From: Alphaproteobacteria bacterium
GTDB lineage: Bacteria; Pseudomonadota; Alphaproteobacteria; Rs-D84
Reading direction: 5' to 3'
DNA length: 39,057 bases
NCBI GenBank assembly: GCA_029051085.1
Contig: JAIDLK010000059.1
Location: 1-39,057 of the forward strand
Part shown: piece after piece, positions 18,885 to 27,464 of the stretch
How the letters are laid out: the number at the start of each line of letters is the position of its first letter
How positions within the stretch are numbered: position 1 is the stretch's first letter
Position numbers and translations under genes: made by a program
Notes under the pieces: model-generated
Database searches by the model: none
The model's input: only the letters and a program-made list of their open reading frames with translations
Told to the model about the DNA's origin: nothing

Positions 18885-19541
18885 ATGAAAAACATTCCAC
18901 GAATTTTTATAGAAACACCAATAAAAACCGGTGATGTTATCCCGGCAACCCGCGATACAGCACACTATTTGACACGAGTAATGCGTACGAATGATTTTTT
19001 GGCCTTTAATAACGGCGTGGAATATGCGGCCGTACTGGCGCCCGATGGAAAAAGTATTGCTATCGGTGATGCAACCGAACACGCTGACCCGACCGGTGAT
19101 ATTACACTGATGTTCGCACCGATAAAACGAACGGATGATTTAATCAATATGGTGACCCAGATGGGGGTTGCACGGTTTCAGCCTGTTATTACCGCACGAA
19201 CAAATGCGTCTCATATAAACTGGGACCGTATGCGTAAAATTGCGGTTGAGGCGGCCGAACAATCAAACAGAAACAGCGTACCGGAAATTCTGCCTGTAAT
19301 TAAATTTTCAGATTTAGATTTATCGGGGGTAGTATTCGCAGATGAGCGCGCCGCACATGGCGCCAATGCGGCAGACACAATATCCGCCAAGTCTGTCTTA
19401 ATCGGACCGGAGGGCGGATTTTCATCCGAGGAATTTAATGCCCTGGATGCCGCCGGTGCACATGGTATATCATTGGGTACTACAATTCTGCGGGCAGAAC
19501 TGGCCGCGGCAATCGCAATTTCAAGGATAAGCATGAAATGA
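18885..19541 (+). CDS. rsmE: 16S rRNA (uracil1498-N3)-methyltransferase RsmE
   Basis: The N-terminus resembles a PUA-like domain (RIFIE...TAHYLTRVMR). The C-terminus has LIGPEGGFSSEE...LGTTILRAE. Confidence 0.85.
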   Translation: MKNIPRIFIETPIKTGDVIPATRDTAHYLTRVMRTNDFLAFNNGVEYAAVLAPDGKSIAIGDATEHADPTGDITLMFAPIKRTDDLINMVTQMGVARFQPVITARTNASHINWDRMRKIAVEAAEQSNRNSVPEILPVIKFSDLDLSGVVFADERAAHGANAADTISAKSVLIGPEGGFSSEEFNALDAAGAHGISLGTTILRAELAAAIAISRISMK

Positions 19542-20239
19542 ATGTGCGTATCGCAAAGTTTATCGCAGACACCGGCGCCGCATCACGGCGCGAGGCCGAA
19601 CAGATGATTTCCGACGGCCGTGTTTCGGTAAACGGCGTGATTGTGCAGACACCGGTATGTTTTATAAACCCGGAAGCAGACGTCGTTACTGTTGACGGCA
19701 ATGTTATAAAGCCCAGAGCCTCATCGCACCTTTACGCGTTCCATAAACCCCTTAACACTATGACAACTGTTCGCGACCCGGCGGGACGCAAAACGGTGTA
19801 TGACTGTCTGGCACCGGAATACAGGGGACTTAAATATGTCGGGCGGCTGGATTATAAAACGACGGGACTGCTGTTGCTGACCGATGACGGTGAACTGGCA
19901 CGGAAATTGACACTGCCGTCGTCACATATTCCGCGAACTTATATCGCGACCGTAAACGGCGGCGATTTTTCCCATCTTGATATGGCACGGCGTGGTATTA
20001 CGGTTGACGGCATAAAATACAGACCAATGCAGATTGATATAATTGACGCCAATAATCTGCGCGTTGTCGTAACCGAAGGGAAAAAGAACGAAGTGCGAAT
20101 TGTTCTGCGTGCATGCCATGCCCCCGTACGTCATTTGCGCCGTATTTCATTCGGTCCGATAAGCCTGGGCAACCTTGCACCGGGTCAAATAAGGCAGGTT
20201 CCACAGAAAACGATTGACGAAATGTTAAAATCTCTCTAA
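19538..20239 (+). CDS. RsuA/RluB-family pseudouridine synthase with an S4 domain
   Basis: RIAKFIADTGAASRREAEQMISDGRVSVNG marks the S4 domain, and VGRLDYKTTGLLLLTDDG is the catalytic Asp motif. An ATGA overlap joins it to rsmE. Confidence 0.85.
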   Translation: MNVRIAKFIADTGAASRREAEQMISDGRVSVNGVIVQTPVCFINPEADVVTVDGNVIKPRASSHLYAFHKPLNTMTTVRDPAGRKTVYDCLAPEYRGLKYVGRLDYKTTGLLLLTDDGELARKLTLPSSHIPRTYIATVNGGDFSHLDMARRGITVDGIKYRPMQIDIIDANNLRVVVTEGKKNEVRIVLRACHAPVRHLRRISFGPISLGNLAPGQIRQVPQKTIDEMLKSL

Positions 20240-20269
20240 TATTCCATAATAAGGAAGGGAGATTTACAG

Positions 20270-21316
20270 ATGAAAAAAACACCTGCTAAAAAAACTGCAC
20301 CCGCTAAAAAGGCGGCAAACCCGGCAAAAGCGCAGGTTCGCGCAACGCCTGTTGTAAAAAAATCCGGCTCGTCGTGGTCGCTGTCGATTTATATTTACTG
20401 GTTTATTATTTTGTTCTTTATCGCGGCAACGTTCTATATTCTGGGACGCAGTCATGGTGGAATTACAACATCTGAAAACAACAATGTTGAAATTACCGAA
20501 GAGGCTTTGTTGCAGTCCGGTGATTATTATGAAAGCGGCAAGACAAAATTACTATCGGGTGATATTGATGCCGCATTGGCAGATTTAACCACGGCTGTTG
20601 AATCCGCGGAAAATAATATTGATGCGTTGGTTCTGCGTGGCGAGGCATATATGCAGGCCGGCAACTATACCGCCGCGATGGATGATTTCAACGCCGCCCT
20701 GGAAAAAGACAAACTGAACTCCATTGCATATTATGACCGTGCACTGGTAAATACACGTCTGGAAAATTATACTGCGGCATTGAATGATATCAACAGCGCG
20801 ATGGCGGCACGTACCGAACGTCCGAACAATGTTCTGCAGATGCGTGATTTGTATGCACGTCGCGGTCAGCTGAATTTGTGGCTGAAAAACTGGGAAGGCG
20901 CCATTGCAGATTATACAAATTCGCTGGCACTGCCGGACGGTGTTGTATCACCAAATGTTTATGCCGAACGCGCCGAAGCATTGACCGCCATGGGCAGCTA
21001 TGCCGCCGCAATCAATGATTACAGCAGCGCTGTTCGCGTAATATCCGAACAGATTCAGGGGGCAAAATCCGCAGATGAACGTGAGTCTTTGTCTTCCCGT
21101 GCAATGAGCTATTTTGAAAAGTCCGCCGCTTTGAATCTGAAGCTGGGGAATATGGATGCCGCACGCAGTGATTTGGAATCATCCGTTACAATTGCGGCCG
21201 CATTGAACGATGCGGAAAGCGTAAGCCGTCTGCAGGGTTTAATAAGCGATTTGGATAATGTAACCGCACCGGTTCAAACGGTGGAAGTTTCGGAAACCGA
21301 AACAGTCACGGAATAA
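20270..21316 (+). CDS. Membrane-anchored TPR-repeat protein with a Lys/Ala/Pro-rich N-terminal tail
   Basis: The PAKKTAPAKKAANPAKA tail is followed by one TM (WFIILFFIAATFYIL) and then several 34-residue TPR-like repeats (A..D...AL, Y..RA pattern). Confidence 0.7.
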   Translation: MKKTPAKKTAPAKKAANPAKAQVRATPVVKKSGSSWSLSIYIYWFIILFFIAATFYILGRSHGGITTSENNNVEITEEALLQSGDYYESGKTKLLSGDIDAALADLTTAVESAENNIDALVLRGEAYMQAGNYTAAMDDFNAALEKDKLNSIAYYDRALVNTRLENYTAALNDINSAMAARTERPNNVLQMRDLYARRGQLNLWLKNWEGAIADYTNSLALPDGVVSPNVYAERAEALTAMGSYAAAINDYSSAVRVISEQIQGAKSADERESLSSRAMSYFEKSAALNLKLGNMDAARSDLESSVTIAAALNDAESVSRLQGLISDLDNVTAPVQTVEVSETETVTE

Positions 21317-21352
21317 AAAACGTTATGAAAAATTCTTAACGTTAAATAAATA

Positions 21353-21380
21353 AAAAACACCGGCAAATGCCGGTGTTTTT
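21353..21380. terminator. Bidirectional terminator, copy 3 of the identical 28-mer
   Basis: AAAAACACCGGCAAATGCCGGTGTTTTT lies between the TPR gene and ychF, which converge. Confidence 0.75.
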
Positions 21381-21388
21381 TAACAATT

Positions 21389-22468
21389 TTAATTATTGAA
21401 TAAAAAGTGGCAGATATCGCCTTCGGCCATGACGTAATCACGTCCGACAAGACGCATTTTACCCGCTTCTTTGACGGCAACTTCACCACCAAGTTCGATG
21501 TAATCGGCCGGCGATATAATTTCCGCACGGATAAATCCCTTTTCAAAATCGGTGTGAATTTTACCGGCCGCCTGGGGTGCGGTCATACCCTTGGTAATTG
21601 TCCAGGCATGCGCCTCTTTTGGACCGATTGTATAAAATGTCTGCAGGCCAAGTGTGGCATATCCGGTTTTTATAACCTGGTCCAGGCCGGATTCAGACAA
21701 TCCCAAATCTTCCAGAAACATCTTGCGTTCCGCCGGGTCTACGATTTGCGAAATCTCCATCTCTATCTTTGAAGATATTACAAGTACAGGATTTGTCGCA
21801 CCGAATTTTTCACGAACCCGGTCAGAGAACTCATTCCCTTTTGCGGCAGATGCTTCATCAACATTGCATACGTAAATCACCGGTTTTGCGGTCAGCAAAT
21901 TAAACGGCGACGCATCAATATCCGTATCACGCGCAGGTGTACCATCGGCCAGCGCTGCACGCAGCGCATTCGCATCAGCCAATTGTTTCGCCGCATCTTT
22001 GTCCAGACCACGCGCCTTTTTTTCCAGATTCTTTATCTGCTTATCCAGACTTTCCATATCGGCCAGCATCAATTCCGTCTCTATAGTATCAATGTCGCCC
22101 AATGGGTCAATACGGCCGTTTACATGCACGATATCATCATTTTCAAAACAGCGAACCACATGAATTATCGCATCGGTAGACAATATATTGCCAAGAAATT
22201 TATTCCCAAGTCCCTCGCCCGCGGAGGCCCCTTTTACCAGTCCTGCAATATCGACAATTTCCAGCTGGGTCGGGATGATGCGCGCGGCACCGGAAACACC
22301 GGCCAGATTATGCAGCGTGGCATCGGGCACTACCACGCGGCCGGTATTCGGCTCAATCGTACAGAACGGATAATTCTGTGCATCAGCCGCCGCCGATTGC
22401 GTCAGCGCATTAAACAATGTTGATTTGCCTACATTTGGCAGGCCTACAATTCCACAATTGAATCCCAT
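21389..22468 (-). CDS. ychF: Ribosome-binding ATPase YchF
   Basis: MGFNCGIVGLPNVGKSTLFNALT, a coiled-coil insert and a C-terminal TGS-like domain are present. The protein is 359 aa. Confidence 0.95.
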   Translation of the reverse strand: MGFNCGIVGLPNVGKSTLFNALTQSAAADAQNYPFCTIEPNTGRVVVPDATLHNLAGVSGAARIIPTQLEIVDIAGLVKGASAGEGLGNKFLGNILSTDAIIHVVRCFENDDIVHVNGRIDPLGDIDTIETELMLADMESLDKQIKNLEKKARGLDKDAAKQLADANALRAALADGTPARDTDIDASPFNLLTAKPVIYVCNVDEASAAKGNEFSDRVREKFGATNPVLVISSKIEMEISQIVDPAERKMFLEDLGLSESGLDQVIKTGYATLGLQTFYTIGPKEAHAWTITKGMTAPQAAGKIHTDFEKGFIRAEIISPADYIELGGEVAVKEAGKMRLVGRDYVMAEGDICHFLFNN

Positions 22469-22480
22469 TTACAAATCCTT

Positions 22481-22486
22481 TATAAT
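22481..22486 (+). promoter_or_regulatory. -10 box TATAAT 9 nt before the ATG at 22496 (near-leaderless)
   Basis: The sequence is TATAAT GGTGACAAT ATG, within a 27-bp divergent gap with ychF. No SD is present. Confidence 0.35.
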
Positions 22487-22495
22487 GGTGACAAT

Positions 22496-23176
22496 ATGTC
22501 ATACATGTGGGACGAATTCAATATAAAAACCTTTGCCGCGGAAACAATCGTTTACCGTGATGGTATTTATTGTCCGGATTTATCGACATTGCCCTGTGCG
22601 CCGATTGGAACCCGACACAGTCTGCCGGTTCATATTATATATATCGGGGAAATTACCGGTAAAAACGATTTGAATATTGAAATCAATGCCGATAATCAAC
22701 CAGTGTTTTTAGATGTTAATATAAAAAACAATAAGCCGGCCTTTTTGAACATTTTTATCAAAAACACCGGGAAAAATTCTGAAATACGCGGCCATGTTTT
22801 GCTGGAAAACAATGATACGATGAATTTTGACTGTCATGGTATTCATGGGTCGGCAAATACCGGTATTTTAGTTCAAACAAACATAATCGCCGGTCGCAAC
22901 AGTATATCAAAATTATCGGGCGCTGCCGTTATTGAACGAGATGCAGTGGAATGTGTATCGGATATTGCATTTTGTGCAATGTGTGATGCGGGCGCGCGGG
23001 TTGAATTTATGCCGGCGCAATATATTTCGGCCGTACCGGAATCGGCGGGGCACAGCGCATCGCTGTATTCGCCGACCGCGCCACAAATTCAATATCTGCA
23101 AGAAAGCGGGATGAGCCGCAAAGAAACAGCCGATGCCCTGCGCGAGGCGTTTCAAAATAAATTTACTTTGTTTTAA
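22496..23176 (+). CDS. Short stand-alone SufB/SufD-family (beta-helix) protein
   Basis: The C-terminus ARVEFMPAQYI..AGHSASLYSPTAPQIQYLQESGMSRKETADALREAF aligns by eye with the SufD PELEIYADDVKCSHGATVG.LDE..LFYL.SRGI motif. It is only 226 aa, and no sufBCS genes are nearby. Confidence 0.55.
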   Translation: MSYMWDEFNIKTFAAETIVYRDGIYCPDLSTLPCAPIGTRHSLPVHIIYIGEITGKNDLNIEINADNQPVFLDVNIKNNKPAFLNIFIKNTGKNSEIRGHVLLENNDTMNFDCHGIHGSANTGILVQTNIIAGRNSISKLSGAAVIERDAVECVSDIAFCAMCDAGARVEFMPAQYISAVPESAGHSASLYSPTAPQIQYLQESGMSRKETADALREAFQNKFTLF

Positions 23177-23822
23177 GAATACGTGCACGGCACAGCAGCA
23201 ATATTATTCCAATACCCGCTGCAATTAACAATACGGTACCTATTGCGGTTACAACACCGGTGCATATCATATGGCGGCGCGTGTATGCCAATTTATTATA
23301 ATCATCATCCATTCTGGTTATACGCGAAATGCCGTGGAAAGAACCGCGCACACGAATATTATCCCCGGGACTGTGATGAACAACCTTTAAAACTATCTTG
23401 TCGCCGGGGTTTATCCATTTGAAATTTACCCCCATGCCGCCGCGACGTTTTACAAGTGTAATTCTTGAATTTGCACTGGTATTTATCTTGTCTACGAAAA
23501 CGCTTTCGATATGTTTCCCTTCGATACGCAAGGGGTCTGTTTCCGCCTTGAAATCAGGACGTGATAATGTCGCGTTTCCGTTATTGACAAGTGTGATGGT
23601 TGTAATATACAACTCGTTTACATTTTTCCCGTTTATGGTGATTTTTAAATTTTTACGCATCTGGCTGTCTTTGTACGCCATGCGGAAAGTTTCACTGGCA
23701 TATGCCATATTTGTCTTTTCAAAATATTCATAATATGCACGGTTGCCAAGTATACCAACCAAAATGCCGCATATAATAACTGAAAAAAACCACAATAAAA
23801 CTTTCTTTAATATATCTTTCAT
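23163..23822 (-). CDS. Two-TM protein with a beta-rich central domain; last gene of the virB3-virB4 operon
   Basis: An N-terminal TM (LLWFFSVIICGILVGILG) and a C-terminal TM (VVTAIGTVLLIAAGIGIILLL) flank about 160 aa of alternating beta-type sequence (LYITTITLVNNGNATL). The gene is 6 nt downstream of the preceding gene. Confidence 0.6.
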   Translation of the reverse strand: MKDILKKVLLWFFSVIICGILVGILGNRAYYEYFEKTNMAYASETFRMAYKDSQMRKNLKITINGKNVNELYITTITLVNNGNATLSRPDFKAETDPLRIEGKHIESVFVDKINTSANSRITLVKRRGGMGVNFKWINPGDKIVLKVVHHSPGDNIRVRGSFHGISRITRMDDDYNKLAYTRRHMICTGVVTAIGTVLLIAAGIGIILLLCRARILKTK

Positions 23823-23828
23823 GGAAAA

Positions 23829-24446
23829 TTACATGCACTGTTTTAAGCGCGTGCCATCGTCATTTTCATCAACACGCTTGTTTCTTATTTCTTCGGCCGC
23901 GCGTATTTTTTGTTTTACAAGTATTACATCGGGATGAGACTGCAGATTTTTGTTTAACGTATCCAATGCGCCGTCAATATCGGATTCGTCGCGGACAAAT
24001 ACCGGCATAACGGAATCAGCCGCGGAATAAATTGCGTCATGCAGTTCTGTTTGAAAATCACTTATAATTGACAGGTATGCACGAATATGTTCGTCCTCGT
24101 GCGATAAAACAGCATTGTATGCGCATGTCTGTGGCAAATGACGAATGTCTATCTGAACCAGAAAATCACTGTATCCGACGGTTGCGGCAACCGACTTTAA
24201 AGAAACACAAAAACCGTCTTCGATTCCCGTAACATCGCCGATAATATCATAATTATCCACCAGTGTCGCAATTACATCACCATGAAGCAGGTCCATTTCT
24301 TTCAGTGGTTGAACGACCTGTTTTGTCCATTCCGGTGTAGATACCGTTATACGCGGACGAATTTTATATGCCAGACAGTCATCATCACCGCGCGCAACAT
24401 GCGGCAAAACAGTGCACAGAAAGCAAAAAAGCAAAGCCTTATACAT
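23829..24446 (-). CDS. Secreted protein with an HExxH motif (possible DUF922-like Zn-protease)
   Basis: The signal peptide MYKALLFCFLCTVLPHVARG starts at the ATG at 24446, which overlaps the virB4 stop (ATGTATAA). HEDEH is at aa 116-120 (nt 24087-24101). The longer track ORF to 24572 would run 134 nt into virB4. Confidence 0.65.
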   Translation of the reverse strand: MYKALLFCFLCTVLPHVARGDDDCLAYKIRPRITVSTPEWTKQVVQPLKEMDLLHGDVIATLVDNYDIIGDVTGIEDGFCVSLKSVAATVGYSDFLVQIDIRHLPQTCAYNAVLSHEDEHIRAYLSIISDFQTELHDAIYSAADSVMPVFVRDESDIDGALDTLNKNLQSHPDVILVKQKIRAAEEIRNKRVDENDDGTRLKQCM

Positions 24447-26856
24447 CGCCGCCTTGACGTTTAAGATATTCGGATACGAAATTTGTTCCGTACATTTTGT
24501 AAAGCTCTTCGGCCAACAGCACCGAAGAACGCCCTGATTCAAACAAACGCAACAGATTGCCAAGACCACCAAGCTCCGTATTCAAAATAACAGATTCACC
24601 TGTTACCGGACGCGACAGCAATACCGCACGCTTTAAATTGGGATACGCCTTGCCCTGAATAAATGCCATTTCCAGCGGGTTCAAATTCCAATGTGCATAA
24701 TCATTGCTGTCGGCCGCCGGATTACGGAAAAACAGAACTGTCTGGGCCTGGCCGCGGACAACGTCACCAATCCCCAGCTTGTCCAAAACATTCGCACGTT
24801 GAAACGCGGCCATGTATGCCTGACGATTTTTACGACCTTCTTGGAGGCCTGCAATAAAATTATCACGGAACATTTTGTTTTCAAGCATCGGTGCGGTCTC
24901 GTCAATCATAATTAACGACGGATTTCCACCTGCAACCGTTGTCGTATTTATTCTGTGCAGAATATACGATATTACGGCCGGGGCCAAAACTTCGTCCTGT
25001 AATATTTCCGTAAAGTCAAATGTCGTTAATCTGGCCTGCAGGTCAAGGGTATCCGCTTCCTCGTTAAACATATGTCCGTATTGTAGCGGGTCCACCCATT
25101 TTTTCAGGGCGGGGCGCATATTGCCCGATGAAGAAAAACAGCTTTCCCAAAGATTTTTAAGCAATCTGTCACGGGGTGCAAGATAATCAAAATTTACCGA
25201 TACGGCGCGTGCGATTTCATCGGCCGCGGCAACATCATTCTGATTGGATATAATGGAAAACCAGCGCCGCAAAAACGCACGATTTGCGGCCGTATCCGGC
25301 ATCTTTAACGGATTCAGATGCGTTTGAAATGTCTGTTCCATCGGGTCTGTGGTACGTTCTTTGCCCTGCATGGTAATGTATTTGCCGCCCACCGCCAGTG
25401 TGAATATCTCGGCCCCCTTGTTACGGTCGAAAAAGAACGCTTTTAATTTCGGATAACGCAAAGACTGGGCTATTAAAAATGAAAACAACGTAGTTTTACC
25501 ACCACCGGTCGGCCCGATTGTTAAAGTATGCGCAACCGCCGCCGGTTTATCGGATACATGAAATTGAAACATATAAGGCGTTCCCTGGGCGGTCGGAAAT
25601 ACAACCAAAGGCCCCGGGCCCCAGTCGGAATTGGCAACACCACGCGGCGTAGATGACATTGGTACACTGATTGCCGCCGTTTTAGACAGCATTTTAAAAC
25701 TGCGCGGGAAAATATCAAATCCCGGAATCTGGGCAAACCATGAAACCTTGGCCGCAAAATCTTCCACAACCGGTGAGATACCGAAACCGGCGCTTATTTT
25801 CTTGAACTCGTCAACATGCGCCATAACATCCGATTCCGTCGCACCAAACAGAATAAACAGCGGATAGTAATTAACCAAGCTCTGGTTACCGGATATGTTT
25901 TCATCCATGGCACCAACCGCTTCGGCAATCTGTTGATGGGCGGAACTGTCATCACCGTCTGCGGTGTTGCGACGCTGGCGCATAACAACCTCAACATCGG
26001 CAGCACCCATTATAGTCACCGCATTCATACACACCATTTCGGTCTGTATCGTGGATACGGTGTCATAAAATTCTTCGTCCAAATAATCCGGTGATGCCTT
26101 GAATGAAAGCAGGGCCCCAAACATCTGTGAATCACCACTGGTATATTTAACCAAACCGCCGGGTAAAAACTCAACATCATCAACCGTGGCCACAGATGCA
26201 ATATCGGCACCGCATGTCAAAGGCTCAGGCTTGGTAATCGGTGACAGAATACGCCCAAAAAACTTTGCCATGTTTTCGCGACTTTCATTACGCATGACAA
26301 CCGGACGATACGCCGCCAGTATTGATTCCAACAGATTACCATACTGGTTTAACTTGTCACGTGCACCGGCCCCGCGGACAGTCATTACAATATAATAGTT
26401 GTTTTCATATATGCGCAGCCCCTGGCCCCGCCATTTGTTATAAATTTTCTGAAGTACGGGCTGTGAAAATTCGTAATTTGTGCGTTCGGGATTCGCATCA
26501 CGGACTGTGAAAAAGCGTAACACGACACCGGGGTCACGTATCTGATTAAACAAAGATGCACGCAAATCCAAAAATTTTTCACGGGTTGCATCATCCTGAA
26601 TTCCGGTCTGAACACCGGCAACACGCCAAACCCGCGTAAGCGCCCCATCCGTTAATTCCAAAGAGTCGTCACTAAACACTGTTTTAAATGGCAGATACTG
26701 GGCATAATGCGTATATCCAAACTGAGGAAATACACGCTTTGCCAGCGCAGGTACATACATCATCAACACGATGAATACAAAAATCACCGCCATAATCAGA
26801 ATAATCATGGTCATCGGAAATTGACCGCCGGCAAAATATTGAAAAAAATTATTCAT
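24439..26856 (-). CDS. virB4: Type IV secretion ATPase VirB4/TrbE family
   Basis: The protein is 805 aa with an N-terminal TM, Walker A GPTGGGKTTLFSF and Walker B LIMIDETAPML. It lies immediately after virB3 (TAAATG junction). Confidence 0.88.
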   Translation of the reverse strand: MNNFFQYFAGGQFPMTMIILIMAVIFVFIVLMMYVPALAKRVFPQFGYTHYAQYLPFKTVFSDDSLELTDGALTRVWRVAGVQTGIQDDATREKFLDLRASLFNQIRDPGVVLRFFTVRDANPERTNYEFSQPVLQKIYNKWRGQGLRIYENNYYIVMTVRGAGARDKLNQYGNLLESILAAYRPVVMRNESRENMAKFFGRILSPITKPEPLTCGADIASVATVDDVEFLPGGLVKYTSGDSQMFGALLSFKASPDYLDEEFYDTVSTIQTEMVCMNAVTIMGAADVEVVMRQRRNTADGDDSSAHQQIAEAVGAMDENISGNQSLVNYYPLFILFGATESDVMAHVDEFKKISAGFGISPVVEDFAAKVSWFAQIPGFDIFPRSFKMLSKTAAISVPMSSTPRGVANSDWGPGPLVVFPTAQGTPYMFQFHVSDKPAAVAHTLTIGPTGGGKTTLFSFLIAQSLRYPKLKAFFFDRNKGAEIFTLAVGGKYITMQGKERTTDPMEQTFQTHLNPLKMPDTAANRAFLRRWFSIISNQNDVAAADEIARAVSVNFDYLAPRDRLLKNLWESCFSSSGNMRPALKKWVDPLQYGHMFNEEADTLDLQARLTTFDFTEILQDEVLAPAVISYILHRINTTTVAGGNPSLIMIDETAPMLENKMFRDNFIAGLQEGRKNRQAYMAAFQRANVLDKLGIGDVVRGQAQTVLFFRNPAADSNDYAHWNLNPLEMAFIQGKAYPNLKRAVLLSRPVTGESVILNTELGGLGNLLRLFESGRSSVLLAEELYKMYGTNFVSEYLKRQGGDV

Positions 26857-27153
26857 TTATGATACCAGCCTCCGCGGAATTTTTTCTTTTAACAATCTAA
26901 TTTTTGCCGATATAATTTGGGCCAATTGCGGTTCACGCTTGGAAAAAGCGGCCAAAATCATATGAACACCTATCAAAGATAACAGAAAAAACATAGGGTT
27001 TATCGCAACTTTGCCGCGTGTGGCGGCCATAACGACAACAAATATCACAACAAATATCAAAAACTGTATTGAAAAGTTCATTATAGCCAGCGAATAAGGC
27101 ACATAAAATATGCGTGCCGGATTTGCCAAAGCCTTTAATACCTGCTGTTTCAT
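26857..27153 (-). CDS. virB3: VirB3/TrbD-family inner-membrane protein
   Basis: The protein is 98 aa with two hydrophobic segments, an N-terminal LKALANPARIFYVP and a SKREPQLAQI motif. It sits directly upstream of virB4. Confidence 0.75.
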   Translation of the reverse strand: MKQQVLKALANPARIFYVPYSLAIMNFSIQFLIFVVIFVVVMAATRGKVAINPMFFLLSLIGVHMILAAFSKREPQLAQIISAKIRLLKEKIPRRLVS

Positions 27154-27160
27154 AGCCTAC

Positions 27161-27205
27161 ATTCTCTTTTGAGAGAATTATAACAATTTCCACAATTTTC
27201 AACAA
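27161..27205 (-). promoter_or_regulatory. Candidate virB3 promoter with an overlapping palindromic operator
   Basis: On the minus strand the elements are TTGTTG (27205-27200), a 17-nt spacer and TGTTATAAT (27185-27177). The palindrome ATTCTCT-TTTG-AGAGAAT (27161-27178) covers the expected transcription start. Confidence 0.35.
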
Positions 27206-27283
27206 GTATAAAAACATCCCGGGATTTTTTGTTAAAAGCGTTAATAACATAAAAGTTTTCAACAGTTAATTAAACAGCGACAT

Positions 27284-27336
27284 TTTTCAACAAAAATCAA
27301 AAACACCGGCAAAAACCGGCATTTTTTTGTTGAAAA
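27284..27336. repeat. 13-bp inverted repeat flanking a decayed copy of the recurrent terminator palindrome
   Basis: TTTTCAACAAAAA (27284-27296) pairs with TTTTTGTTGAAAA (27324-27336). The interior is AAAAACACCGGCAAAAACCGGCATTTTTTT. The 9-mer TTTTCAACA also occurs at 27196 and 27256. Confidence 0.6.
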
Positions 27337-27414
27337 CCTGTTTATAAAAAATTAACAAACGTTTTTAACAAAACTAACAGCACCAACAAAAACAACAAAA
27401 AATATAATAATCAT

Positions 27415-27442
27415 TTGATTTTTTACAAAAAGCGTTTATAAT
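27415..27442 (+). promoter_or_regulatory. Candidate sigma-70 promoter for rpmJ
   Basis: The elements are TTGATT, a 16-nt spacer and TATAAT, 22 nt upstream of the ATG. AAGGA serves as the SD. Confidence 0.4.
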
Positions 27443-27464
27443 CGGGTCACAAAAAGGATTAGAT

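Noticed and set aside
24447-24572. The upstream 42 codons of the track ORF 23829-24572.
   Set aside because: They would overlap the virB4 coding region by 134 nt. The internal Met at 24446 begins a textbook signal peptide and overlaps the virB4 stop in a coupling arrangement.
26933-27262. A 109-aa minus-strand ORF upstream of and overlapping virB3, considered as a possible virB2 pilin.
   Set aside because: It overlaps virB3 out of frame for about 220 nt. It has no signal peptide or the two hydrophobic helices expected of a pilin, and it starts within AT-rich promoter DNA.
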